From assembly GCA_965655095.1 (NCBI GenBank), contig OZ296650.1, positions 9,424,001 to 9,488,000 on the forward strand: a DNA stretch of 64,000 nucleotides. Direction: 5' to 3'. The stretch comes from Haplodiscus bocki (lineage: Eukaryota). This document shows, one piece after another, positions 14,801 to 26,699 of the stretch; position 1 is the first letter of the stretch; each line of letters starts with the position of its first letter. A program made the position numbers and the translations under genes. Under the pieces are notes generated by a model. It did not search any database. It saw nothing but the letters and a program-made list of their open reading frames with translations, and was not told the DNA's origin.

Positions 14801-17800
14801 TGGATGGCAATCGTTTCTGACGGAATATGTCCGTCTCTATGCCGTCGAAAGACAAGATGGACGCAAATTTATAAGGGAAAAACAGGCGGAAAGATGTTTT
14901 TCCCGCCTGAGTAGGCATTTTTCCTTATTTTCTAGCTAGAATCCGCTGGTTGAAAAAACTGTCTCTCTCCAGGAGAAGTGTTTTCATAAAGAATCTTCAA
15001 AACATTGAGACACTCATAAAATTTTTTATTTTTATTGCGAACAAGTTGTTTCGTTTTATACGTGTTTTTTTTGTTTCGCGAAAATTTATTAGAATTGAAA
15101 TCAATCTTCATAGTTATTCACTATTTTTCAAAACGACAACTATGAGGAAAAAACATCATCCACTGCAGTGAACGCTGAAGGACAACTGGAGCACACTACA
15201 GCAGTGTCTTCAGAGACTACGAATTCAAGTAGGATAAATGAAGATTATCTCTGTAGTCAACAAGTTAATTGAAAAAACATTTGCTCTAAATTTTACTGAT
15301 GAGTTCAGCTGACTGCGGTTAGAAATTAAATTGTGTTTTCAACACTACATGAAATTGATGTGAAGTCTCATCTTGAAGTATATTCCACAGAAGTTCCGGG
15401 AACAACCCGGGATACGGACAATAGAGGCCAGGAATCAGGTTACAATAGTAACGCGTGTCGCACGCAATCAACATTAAGCCAAATTCCGCCCACCACAGCG
15501 GAGGCCTGCAGAGCTAATTGGAAGTCTTTTGGAAAACAACGATATTTTCCTTTTGCATGTTTCAGATCAGCTTTTGATGTTTTTCATGCAGCCGCCTTTG
15601 TTTTTCCAAGGTTATTATGCTGATATTGTCGTTATCCTACTAAACCGATGACCCTGGTCAAATTTTAGTTGAACTTTTTTTGAGAAACATGTTGTCACGT
15701 TTTCTACTTGAGAAACCCCGTGTAATCGCCACTAGATTGCTATTAAATACCGCGTTTTTCTGTGTTTCAGCAGTTATTCGTTTCTATGACCGCCAAAACA
15801 CCTCTGTTATACAAAATCTTTGAGAAAAAATGCACCCGGGTCTACTTTTCTCCGATTGTTATAGAGCCACTACTGTAGAGATAGTGTCAAAAGGAAAGTA
15901 TTACTGAAACTGAGTCCGCATAAGTAAAAAAAATTTAATCAATCATACGCCATTCAAAAACTAGACGCATTCCGTTCTGGTGGCCTCAAAAAAAGATTAA
16001 AGATTCGGTGCGGTAACAAATTGTGAAGTCTCTAGTTGAAAAACCAATTCAGACTCAAACACTGAACGGTTGATCTCATCCACAAAACGTTAAGGCAAAT
16101 CCTTGAAACTGCTCCTTCTGGATTGTTATAAACAAATCTGGTAGTAGGCAGCCAGTACAATTACAAAGGGACAGATTAGATATTATGCACAGCCTGGAAA
16201 TGCGCCCAAAATCAGGCGCCCAGCTGCAGAACTACTGCAATTAGAACTGGTTGGCAGATAAAAATGATTCCAGCGAACCACATTTTTTTTCAGACAGTTT
16301 GGAGCCAAAAAATTGCGAGAAACAACAGAGAAATATTGGAGTAATCTACCCCAACAATTTGAGATGCTTCACTTTTACAAGACGTCAAGTAGACAAACGC
16401 AACACAATCGGAACCGCCATCTAAAGCCAGTCCTTTTACTTTTTCCTAAAAGGCCCGACCAAAAAACAACAATTTGACGTTTTTCCGCGACAGGCCAAAC
16501 CGGTTTTCCGACTTTTTTGATAATTTTTTTTCGGTTTTAGGTGCACAACACTGGGCAAGATGGCCATGACAGTATAGTGGGTTCCGAAGATGCCAAAAAT
16601 CAGAACTTGCTGCTTTTTGTTTACAAACTGACTGATAAGGAATTCAAATTTCATCTGAAAATTGTTCATCGTTTACATTATATCATTATATTACTGTCTT
16701 CGTAGATCCAGTGCAGACAAGTGCCCACCAAAATTTTTTAATTAATGAATTAGCCAAATAGATCAATTCATCGAAAACTTTTTACCAAGATCTTCAACCA
16801 TTGTAATAGCTAGACTCCCATCCCGAAATACAAATGTTTTATTTAATAACACGAGTCGCTGCTAGAATCACGCTTTTTTCAATTCCTTCCTTCTCGAAGT
16901 CAATTTAGGTTTTGAATGATACTGTCGACAGTCTCACGGGAGGTTCCAGTCGGATAATACAGATTTTGCCAAATTGTATTTCGATTTCTTGAACTACATC
17001 TGAAAATCTATTTTCTGTCCTCTTTGACAAAATCGAGCATTTATAAACTTTTTTCTCCCAGTATTGGATTACATGGTCAAGTGGTTTCTGGAGACGTGGA
17101 TGTAAAAAAAGATCAAAAAATTTTGTGCTTTTCTCAAGTGAAGTATGTGTGGAACAAGTTAATCAAATAGACTTCTAGACGCCCGTCTTAGAGCTTTCAA
17201 AGAGTCGAGACTTCATCTTTTTTAAAGCATTTGTTTCCATTTCAAAGCACTTTTTAATAAGCTGTATTCAAAATTTAAAGTATGTCTGAACTTTAATCCA
17301 CTGGCAATTCTTTGGTAAAGTTCTGATGGAAGCTCTCTGGAAATTGTCAGGATCAGGGTGTTCATCGTTTGTGTGCAGGTGTATTACATGCGAAAGGTAT
17401 CTAAAAAGTGTAATACTTTCAAGATTGCGAGAACAATAAATAGAAAATTAACCAATTTGTTTTTCGGATGCAATTCACACCGTTGTCTGCAGAGCATCTT
17501 TGTAACACGGAGGTCAATTCTCTGAAAAGTCAAAATGTTTTATAAAATTATCTGAGGAGCTATCGAGCTTCAATAGATGGCTGTTAACAAATATTTGGCA
17601 GCTTTCTTTATAAACAAAAGTTTTTTTATAGAACAGGAAGAGAAACAGGGTAAATCATTCTAAAACTAACAAATTGTTTATGGTTTGAGTAATTCACAAA
17701 AAACTACTTTTGATGCGTAAAATTCTAGCTCGGAGCCCAAGTCCCCAAGTCCAACGCTTTTTGGTATTCGCCGTTATTCTTCTAAGATCGCCGGTAATTT

Positions 17801-19123
17801 CGCTGATAACACCTTCATCCTCCTAAGAACTGCCAATATTCTGTTATCATATTGTCGTAGAACTTTTGTAGAGAAAAAGGTTGATCGCCGGTATTTTTGT
17901 AAGAAATTCCGGTATTACCGGCGATATCTCAGGAAAAAGCGCTGCTAAATTACGATAACATAGTCAAAATGGAACACTTTTTCTCGGGAATATCCGATAA
18001 TAGCAGTCACTGACTTATAAACTGAAATTTCAATTGATTTGATGCCATCTCAAGAATTTGATTCCATGATTTTGTCGAATAATTGCCTCGATGCGGTAAA
18101 ATGTAAATTTTGGTTGTAGGTTGAGAAAGTGTGATCTTCATTTTGCATTTATTGTGTTATGAGATTGTGAATTTTTTAGATTTTTTTCTATCGATGCCTG
18201 AATCTCAGAGTGTTTCCAGATTCAACCTCCCTTCCAGTCCGCAACCTCTAGAAAGATTTTGATACTGAATTCGGCTAGGTAAGGTTTATCCATTGCAGAA
18301 AACTTTTAGGAAAGAATTGAAAGCAGTGTACGAAGATTTGTTAACAGCAAATTTTGCTACAAAAGTCAGGCGCCCATCGCAGAATTTCCAAGAAACGTTG
18401 ATTAACGCGGCTGATATTCTAAGAAACACTGGTAACCGCCGCCATTTTCAAGCGAAATGCCGGCGTTTTCTCTTTTTCTTCAGCCGATCTGCTGTCATCG
18501 TAAAACAAAATTCAGCCAAATCTTGGCATGGGATGGCTTCATATATCCATTCTTGTTTTGATTTCGAAACAGATACTTTTAACATCTCTTTAAATGTAAC
18601 TTTGAATGATACTTTGAATACGATAAAATAGGATAAAAAACAAGCATCAAAATCAAAACCGATGATATACGAATTTCATTTCTTTTAGATTTCGTTGAAG
18701 AATAAGATGCTAATTAGAGTATTGAAAAGTAAGTCAATATCAGAAATGAGAAGAAGATGTTCAAAACTAGGGGTCGGGAGGTAAATTGGATCTTTTCCAA
18801 ACTGGCAACTGATAATTGTTCAGATGACCAGCGTGAAATCTGAAACAGGAAAAAGGGGTAAAGGTTGATTTTGAAGGCTACCATCATTATAATACATATC
18901 ATAATGTAGCGGAACCTTTTGACAGGCTCCGATTCGATAGTGTAGGGAGACAAGTCATCAAGTACCAGGCCATGAAAAATTATTGAGACCTTTGGTTTCC
19001 AGCAAATTGATGCCCTGAAATCTGTGTTGGCTCTGGGAATAACGGAAGAAAATGAATTGTTGACATTGTACGAGACTCAGACTTGGCTGAGAAATTTGGA
19101 CCTAAAGATGCCATTTAAAACTT

Positions 19124-19955
19124 AGGGTTGCCTGATCCTGATGGCTAGGTATCACTACTCAGTAGCTGAAAAAAATACCAAGAGACATTCCTTGAATTAA
19201 GCCCATAATTATCGAATTTAATGACAGTTAGAGTCAGTGGTTTTAAACTGAGTATCTTCCTTTCGGGGGCTAGTTCGGTCGTTCTTTTGATTCTCTGTGG
19301 GAGTTTCTTCTACAGCGCGGGCTTAAGTTTACCCACTTCTTCAATTTTTAATTGCTCGTTTTAAGCCTAGCATGTAGAAATTGCATCCCAGATGGAATTT
19401 TGAATTTATCAAAAGTCTGCGAACGCAGGTCGACGAAAAGTTTCTACTTCATAACTATCAGAAGATGGTCCGGGTAAAAGGTCATATATAATCGCCAACC
19501 AGTATGAAAATACCAAAAACACACACAAAATTTCAAAACACGAACGCACCCGGCCCCCAGAGGTTCCTGGCACTGCGAATTGAAAGTTTTTCAATTAAAT
19601 CGTTTCTCCGATTAAAATTAGTCAGAGCACCTTTTTGTTATTGTAGTAGAATTTTGCAGATTTTTTTGCAGGTTGCAAAATTTTAGGTTCCATCTTATAG
19701 ATTTTATTTAAACATATTGTGCATCGAAATGAGCAAAACTCAATAAATCATGAAAGCGGGAAAATACAAGCCTGCACTTCGAAATATCAAAAAAGAACAC
19801 CAAAATCAAAACGTACACGACCAGATACTGAAAGTTCTGAATTCTTGTCTTATAAATGATGGTGGGTTTAATTTAAAAAAGGTCTCTTGAAATTTCTATT
19901 TTAGCGTTCTAGCTTCTGAGTAGAGATATAGTACCATCAGGATAGGACAGCCCCC
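19124..19955 (+). mobile_element. Non-autonomous TIR element, family B
   Basis: Left AGGGTTGCCTGATCCTGATGG versus right CCATCAGGATAGGACAGCCCC. Related pieces at 10974-11198 plus ~11888-11990, 61008-61240 (+) and 61325-61675 (-). TSD not resolved. Confidence 0.65.
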
Positions 19956-20401
19956 TTTCACGGTGCAATTTTAGGTCTGAGTTAATAGATTGAGCCTGAG
20001 TATCGTGTAATGTCAATTCACAATTGTAGTCTTCTCTCTTGTCCCAAAATCCAACTCGAAAATTGTGGTATGAAAATTTCAGGATGTCAGGGGGTTTGAG
20101 AATTTTTTGTGGGGCTGCACTTGGCGTCTCGATGCTTCACTTATTGTAGCTAAGGCATACCCAAGTTTTCTTCAACATTTACTGAATTTTTTGGAAAAAA
20201 AACACAAAATTTTTCAAAACATTAGAGTCTGTCCCCTTCAGATATATTGAGACTTACGGGAGGCACCGGCTTGCCCCGTCCCCCTCTTGATAGCATTTGT
20301 TGTCCCAGATAACAAATCAGTAACTAGAAATTCTTGGTATCGAAGCAAAGTATGCGAATTGGATGTGAGCAATGTGAAACTACCGATATTTTGTGCACAA
20401 A

Positions 20402-20693
20402 AGTAATGGGGAAAACAGAAGATGACGCCAAAAGCCACGAACGCAGCGTCCAAATTGTATTTCACAGAAAAGTGATTTCTCAGAAAAAGTAAAATCAGAC
20501 GCAGACACAAAATTCATCTACATGAAAAAAAGCAGGTGGTTATTAAATTTTTCATCCACATACATTTCAAATGTGGGGTACACAGGAAAGAAAATTTAAT
20601 TTTGTAAAAAATTTTTTGCGTGGTATTATCAGTGGTAGTACAAAATAAAAAAGTTATCCACGCGCAAAACCATTTCAACGAGCAGGTGGTTAT
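20402..20693 (+). repeat. Left terminal inverted repeat of the Polinton
   Basis: The outer ~210 bp match the reverse complement of ~38465-38673 with about 10 mismatches by manual alignment. After a diverged patch, homology resumes to AGCAGGTGGTTAT at 20693. Confidence 0.93.
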
Positions 20694-21165
20694 TGAATTG
20701 GTTTTTTTCTACACATTGTTCATCTATATGAAAAAAGCATCTTACCAACACAAAGCAGGTGGATAATAAATTATTCATCCATGTACATTTCAAATGAGTA
20801 GAAAACCAACACCATTTTTCACATTTTCAATTTCACATCAGACGTACATAACAAATTTCACATTGGACTATCACAGCACATTACCCAGAATCTCACATGA
20901 TGACTATCAACTATCCATGAAAACGACCTGAGATCATGAGGACGATGGTATCACACACGATGATGATCAACTATCCACGAAACCCATAAGGCGAAAACGA
21001 CTCGAGATCATGAAGATGATGGTATCATGGAAACGATCTAACACCAGGAGAAAAGAAGAATGTGAAGAAGAAGAAAGTTTATTCGAAGACATCGTGTGTT
21101 ATGTTTTGTATTTGATCGTTGGTGTGTTATGATATATGTAAGTTTCATAAAATTTAATCAGGGGT

Positions 21166-21557
21166 ACTATGTTTTTGGGGGTTTAGGATCCGCTTAAGCA
21201 AGATTTCTACAAAATAGCTTATTCTTACATGTTTTATGATTCGTTTAAGCAAAATTTTTACATTATAACATATGTTTACATGGTTTTGGAATGGTTTTAG
21301 GATCCGTTCAATCAAGATTTTTACATTATAAACTATCTCCACACGTTTAAGGGGTCGTTTAACTGAATTTTAACCTTTCTAGCTTATGCTTACATGTTTA
21401 AGAAATTGTTTAACTAATCCCTGTACATTATAGCCAATCTCTACATGTTTAAGGAACCGTTCAAGCAATCTTTAACCTTTATAGCCTATGTTTACATGTT
21501 TAAGGAACCGTTCAAGCAATTTTTAACCATTATAGCCTATGTTTACATGTTTAAGGA
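21166..21557 (+). repeat. 51-bp tandem repeat, about 8 degenerate copies, in the Polinton left arm
   Basis: TACATGTTTAAGG-like unit starts at 21226, 21277, 21340, 21391, 21442, 21493 and 21544. Confidence 0.85.
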
Positions 21558-21806
21558 TAGGACATACCATCTTACCATGGTGAAAGTTGACATTCTGCGG
21601 TTCGATACCAATCGATAGATCTTACCATAATTAGCACACCCTGAAAGTTTCAGCTTCATATCTGTCACAGTTTTCGAGAAAAACGATTTTGAAAAAAATC
21701 AAAGGGCTAAAAACAATTAAAAACCACTTAAGCGTAAACTTTTTCCTTTTGCCACGGTATATACAGATCAAGAAATCAACGAATATTTGAGCTACAGAAA
21801 AGTACA

Positions 21807-22310
21807 ATATATCGTTGAAAAGGTCTTGAAAAATGCTATCTAATGGAAATATTTTCAAAAACATTAACTGCAACCTTACGATTGAAAAATTTCACAAACC
21901 CTGAAACTATACACTTAAACATGGTATGTCAATGAACAGTTTTTAATAATGATAACATATTATATATCGTTGAAAAGGTCCTAAAAGGTAGAATTCAACA
22001 ATATTATTTTCAGAAACATTAACTGAAGCCATACCATCGAAAAACTCAAAAACCCTGAAACTATACCCTCAAACATGGTATGTCAATGAAAAATTTTAAA
22101 TGACAGTGGAGTGTTGTATATCACTAGAATGGTAATTAAATGTAGATTTTAATGGCATGATTTTCTGAAACGTTGGTTGAAACTATTACCATCTGAAACC
22201 TCAAACATGGTATAAGTCAGCGAAAAAGTTTTCAATAATATTGACATTTTATATATCGTTGAAAAAGTCTCGAAAAATGCTATTTAATGATAAGGTTTTC
22301 GAAAATGGTG
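21807..22310 (+). repeat. ~135-155-bp tandem repeat, about 3.5 copies
   Basis: TATATCGTTGAAAAGGTC...CTGAAAC...AAACATGGTATGTCAATGAA recurs at about 21807, 21962, 22117 and 22251. Confidence 0.8.
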
Positions 22311-22439
22311 AGTGAAATTATACTTTTTTGTACTACTAAAATAATAATTATACTTTTTTTTGTATTTGAATAAGTGCTTATTCATACAAGTATACAAATA
22401 AATATACTAGTACTTGTATATGAATTCATGTAAGTATAC

Positions 22440-22600
22440 CTATGAACATTGTGGATTGTTATGTGAATACCATTGGCGATATGCAAAATGAAATGGATTT
22501 CTTCTATCATTGCAAAAAGTTTGAATATAAACACGGTTATGAAAAAGTGACGATGTAATATTGGAATACGTAGTTTTATATGAGAAAGATTACGATAATT
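22440..22600 (-). pseudogene. C-terminal fragment paralogous to ORF 37862
   Basis: The minus strand reads LRIPILHRHF...YIQTFCNDRRNPFHFAYRQW versus FPIPMCHRQF...YVDSFCNDRNNTFHFACRKW. Confidence 0.7.
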
Positions 22601-23184
22601 TTTTTTTGTTTGGAGTGAATAATTTTACAATTTGAAAAATCGTTACCAAATTCAACAATGCCTTCATTTTCAACTGTAATATTATCGCCTTTTAATACAT
22701 CATATTTTTTATACAAATATTGGTATCCGTTTTTTACTGTTAAATTTTCATACTCTTGAAGAGGAATATATTTTTGATGTAACAAGAAGTAAATGTTTTC
22801 TTTACCGTGAGCAAATGGGAATTTAACATCGTTAAATCCATGTTCTGAAAAATTTTTTACAATTTCATCATTTGTTTCGAAACTAAAAATTTTCACTCCC
22901 ACATGATTATATTTTTTATCTTCAATTTTGATAAGAAAATTTTCATCATTCAAATTTCTAATGTGATATTCTTCACTGTGTTCATTCGGTCTAAACAAAT
23001 GTAGATAATCAAAGCTTATAAGTAGTTCAATTTCTTGATGAGCACTATTTCTATACGGTATTTTATAAATTTGAGCTTTTTTTAAATCAGTAAAAATTAA
23101 AACCATATAAATAATAAATCCATTACGCGTTAACACCAAGGTTTCGTGGTTATTTAATCCTGGTGTTTTGAAATTATCATTCAT
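22576..23184 (-). CDS. Hypothetical protein, 202 aa, resembling a giant-virus (NCLDV) uncharacterised family
   Basis: Intact ORF with TAAATG start; motif KY.HVG.KIFSFETNDEI...SEHGFNDVKFPFA.GKENIYFLL..KYIP. Family resemblance is from memory only. Confidence 0.7.
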   Translation of the reverse strand: MNDNFKTPGLNNHETLVLTRNGFIIYMVLIFTDLKKAQIYKIPYRNSAHQEIELLISFDYLHLFRPNEHSEEYHIRNLNDENFLIKIEDKKYNHVGVKIFSFETNDEIVKNFSEHGFNDVKFPFAHGKENIYFLLHQKYIPLQEYENLTVKNGYQYLYKKYDVLKGDNITVENEGIVEFGNDFSNCKIIHSKQKKIIVIFLI

Positions 23185-23244
23185 TTATATAACTTATAGA
23201 AAAACAAAGATTTTTTGGATGAAGATGATTATAATAAACTCAAC

Positions 23245-23787
23245 TTATGTTTGCAAGTTAAGAAAATATATATGTTTAACTACTTTCGACTCTAATATTG
23301 GTCCAGGTTGTTGCATATAATATCTGTCGGTCATATTGCCATGGCGTGAGACAAATTTTAATGTCAGATTTCTTATTTTCTTATCAGGAGTACAAGTAAT
23401 ATCATACTTGGAACTTAGATTTTCACGAATATTGTTACATATCATTTTACCAGCTACCTGGATATAAACCGTACCCACATCATAAATTTTATACTAATCG
23501 AGGAAAGTAGGTAATATTACATGCAAGTCAAACTCGTCTTTATATACTTTTTTTTCTACAATATCATTTGTTTTACATGACATATAAATTTTAAATTCAA
23601 TAAATTTATCGTTATGACTAATAATGTTCTCATTAAGGATTTTTTCAACAACATCCCAAAAAATATCATTATAATTATAAATATTTGTCACATAATTTTT
23701 CATAAGGTAATGTCTTTTTGTCTTTTTATGACTATTTTTAGATTTATGATTTATTGATTTATCACATATATTACAATAATAACTCAT
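23245..23787 (-). pseudogene. C2H2-type zinc-finger protein (broken into ORFs 23494-23787 and 23245-23478)
   Basis: YYCNICDKSINHKSKNSHKKTKRH finger; C-terminal YYMQQPGPILE resembles YYLKFPIPMCH of ORF 37862; TAAATG start. Confidence 0.65.
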
Positions 23788-23963
23788 TTATTACAACTAA
23801 ATAAAAATAAAACGAACATTAAAACAAACTTACTTGAAGAAAACGTTAACTTTGTCGATAACACAAAGAAACGAAAGAAAAAGTTATGGATATGTACAAT
23901 TAAACTTGTATTTATACTGTTTATTCTTACAATTATACGAGTATTTCGATAGGATACAAAGTA

Positions 23964-24130
23964 GTATTTGTACAAATATAAGAATAAATATATTAATATT
24001 CGTATATGTATAAGTGTAATTTTACTACATTAACCAAACATATCAATCACAAATAAGATAACTTATTCATACAAGTATATCAAGACTTATATCCTTTTTC
24101 GTATTCGAAGAGATGTAATTATACAATTTT
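23964..24130 (+). repeat. Polinton intergenic module copy A
   Basis: GTATTTGTACA..TATTCGTAT..GTAATTTTACT..CACAAATAAG..TATTCATACAAGTAT; inverted copy at 25075-25245 and direct copy at 26542-26650. Confidence 0.8.
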
Positions 24131-24140
24131 AAATATATTA

Positions 24141-24581
24141 ATGAATAACAGTTTCTCTTTACAACAAATAAAAAAAACAGGCAATCTTGATTCTTATTTA
24201 AAATCTAGACAACATAAATTAAATCTGATGGCTGATTTCATGCGGCTCAAATATGAAAACCCAAAAAAGAAGCAATCTGAGACAGCTAATCGATTAAGTT
24301 TATCTTCTTCTACTATACAAAGATATAGAAACGATATAAATATGCTTCCACAATACAGAATTCAATCAAATAACATAAAAAAACGAAAAAAAGGCCAAAA
24401 ATAATAATTCTGACAACGATTCATAGCCTAACCATGATGTTAAAAGACCTCAAATGACCTCAAAACAACTCAAACAAAATCTAAAAGGAAAAAAAATATT
24501 CTAAAAGCCGGATCTGTGCAACAGAATATTGAAATTAACGAACACTATTTAGATGAAATTCTTCAGAATAAGAAGACATGA
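24141..24581 (+). pseudogene. Helix-turn-helix DNA-binding protein
   Basis: ENPKKKQSETANRLSLSSSTIQRYRNDI fits an HTH. The frame shifts after 24400 and continues to ...LDEILQNKKT*. Confidence 0.65.
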
Positions 24582-24731
24582 ACGCTTGGATTTGTAATTA
24601 TATCTGTATATTCATACTCTTATATAGGTACGATGATAAAATTACACAAAATAGTCTTTGTACATTTATAATAATTTTTATATTGTTATTCGAATTTGAA
24701 TTCGTGTATTTATTAAAAAATGTAATATTAA

Positions 24732-25067
24732 ATGGAACTAGCTATGCAAATTATCTCTAATGATAAAACAGTAAGAAATGATTTTGTACAAGATTTAAAA
24801 GAATTCACCTCTCAATCTTTAGCAACCCAAGCCAAAAAGGGTGAACAACTAGTTAGCATGCTGCCTGCTATTAAAAAGGTTTTTAATTTATTAGGTGACA
24901 ACGTAGTTGAATTATCTACAGAAAATGACGCTTTAAAAAACAAAATAGGTTCTTACGATGAAAAATGGCTGGAAGAATCTAAAGCAAGATTGTTACAACA
25001 GGTCCATGATGAGAAAAATGCAAATTTAATTAGGTTTAGAATGAAAAAACAGATGAATAAACATTGA
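24732..25067 (+). CDS. Coiled-coil hypothetical protein, 111 aa
   Basis: Intact ORF with TAAATG start; heptad-like VELSTENDALKNKI. Confidence 0.65.
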   Translation: MELAMQIISNDKTVRNDFVQDLKEFTSQSLATQAKKGEQLVSMLPAIKKVFNLLGDNVVELSTENDALKNKIGSYDEKWLEESKARLLQQVHDEKNANLIRFRMKKQMNKH

Positions 25068-25074
25068 AAATTAA

Positions 25075-25245
25075 TTGAGGTTGTATAGTTATTTTTATTC
25101 AAATATGAATAACAATATATTTATTAATATACTTGTATGAATAGTTTAACTTATTTGTGGTTGATATATATTTGATCAATATAGTAAAATTACATGCATT
25201 CATATACGAATAGTAACATATTTATTCTTATAATTGTACAAATAC
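25075..25245 (-). repeat. Polinton intergenic module copy B (inverted)
   Basis: Reverse complement aligns along the whole of 23964-24130, including exact TATTCATACAAGTAT (25129-25143). Confidence 0.8.
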
Positions 25246-25254
25246 ATATATTAA

Positions 25255-25708
25255 ATGGCAAATTTATCTTACAATAAATTGTGGGAATCAGAATTCGATG
25301 GTATCGTTTCTAAAAGAGACAAATTACAAGATTTAATTATTAAGCAATTATAACTCAAAGTACACGATACTAATAAAAAAGATGAAAAAATAACAACAAA
25401 CTTTGTACCTGTTGATAACGAAGATGTAATAATAATCAAAGCGTATCTAGATTCAAAATTATTGAAAATAGATGTTCACTTATCAAAATTAGAAAAAGAT
25501 TACAATGAATTTAAATTACAATACAACAAACAAAATGTAGAGGATATTTCAATTCAGAGAGCTGTGAAAACGACGATACAAATACTTTATGACAAAGGAT
25601 TAGTTGATTTTTTTTCAAAATGCTGATAAAGTTTTAGAAGATTTTTTGTTTACAACAAGACGTAGAGTTGATTTATCAGAGCAAGTAAATGAAAATGAAA
25701 CTCAATGA
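25255..25708 (+). pseudogene. Hypothetical protein with fibre-like P..D..(N)KAYLD motif followed by coiled coil
   Basis: TAAATG start; MANLSYNKLWESEFDG...PVDNEDVIIIKAYLDSKL...LEKDYNEFKLQY; one stop and a frameshift. Confidence 0.55.
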
Positions 25709-25865
25709 TTTGGTCAAAAGGAAAAGTTAACATGTTCTTTCTCGAAGACGATATTTGTAATACATACATCTATATGAGTACTTATACTTACAAATATATA
25801 TGTAGGTGTGCGTATGTGATACATACGATTATATAACCAGATGTTATCTGATTTAGAGAAAGTAA

Positions 25866-26284
25866 ATGATAATGATGGATTTCAATGATTTTGTTCAAAA
25901 TATAATTTAATAAATAAAGCAACAAGTAATATAAAACATATGGAGTATCAAAAAACATAGGACTAGACACAAAAGTGAAAATTTATTTAAGAGACGGACC
26001 GTTTTCAACTGATACCGGAAATGTAACTTTACATCCATCAAAGGAACACATTGGGTTTGTTATATAAATGAAAATTACTTTGATAGTTATGGTGTTGTAT
26101 GTCCAAAGAAACTCTCTAAATTGATTATTAAACGGAATGGTTATTGTCTATATTCTGAATATCATATACAAAAAATGACAGTTTTTGTGCAAGTTATTCT
26201 TTATATATAATTTACTTGACAAAAGTGTTAGGTAATGATTTTAAATCTGCTGTTTTGAATTTATACTATCAAATGATGAAATAA
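25866..26284 (+). pseudogene. Adenain-like (CE clan) cysteine maturation protease
   Basis: The reconstructed frame has LHPSKGTHWVCY (His), NYFDSYG (Asp) and IQK.DSFCASY (oxyanion Gln, catalytic Cys). Broken by several frameshifts, so absent from the ORF track. Confidence 0.88.
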
Positions 26285-26307
26285 CGTTGATGTTTTCTTT
26301 AAATTAA

Positions 26308-26541
26308 ATGACTTTGAGAAAAATATCAATTGATAATAGTGTTAGATATACCCAAAAAGTGAACAAACAAAAGACATTAAACAAAACAAGTTAAAAAATA
26401 GAAAACAAAGTGAACAAATTCAACCGATTTCAGGAGGAGGTAAACCAAACACGAGAAAACAAAACAAAAAAAAATTCACAAAACAATAAAAAGTTCATTA
26501 AAAACGTGGTAGCAAGTGGAGTTGGAGTACTTACAAAATAG
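26308..26541 (+). pseudogene. Small Lys/Asn-rich basic protein (pVII-like core candidate)
   Basis: TAAATG start; MTLRKISIDNSVRY...QPISGGGKPNTRK...VVASGVGVLTK*; two frameshifts; lies between protease and pentons. Confidence 0.5.
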
Positions 26542-26650
26542 TTTGTACATGTATAAGAAATTATATTATTATTCGTATCTGAATACGTGTAATTACACTC
26601 TATGAATCAATCACAATTACAAATAAGTTATCCTATTCATACAAGTATAA
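26542..26650 (+). repeat. Polinton intergenic module copy C
   Basis: TTTGTACA..TATAAGAA..TATTCGTAT.TGAAT..GTGTAATT..ACAAATAAG..TATTCATACAAGTAT (26634-26648). Confidence 0.75.
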
Positions 26651-26699
26651 ATATTAGTCTTATTTTTATATTAGTAATTATACAAAAATGATTTTATAA

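Noticed and set aside
16000-17620. Coding-like minus-strand stretch, possible transposase relic
   Set aside because: I could not reconstruct any catalytic motif.
21166-21557. 51-bp periodic array as CRISPR-like repeat-spacer
   Set aside because: Whole units are homologous; there are no unique spacers.
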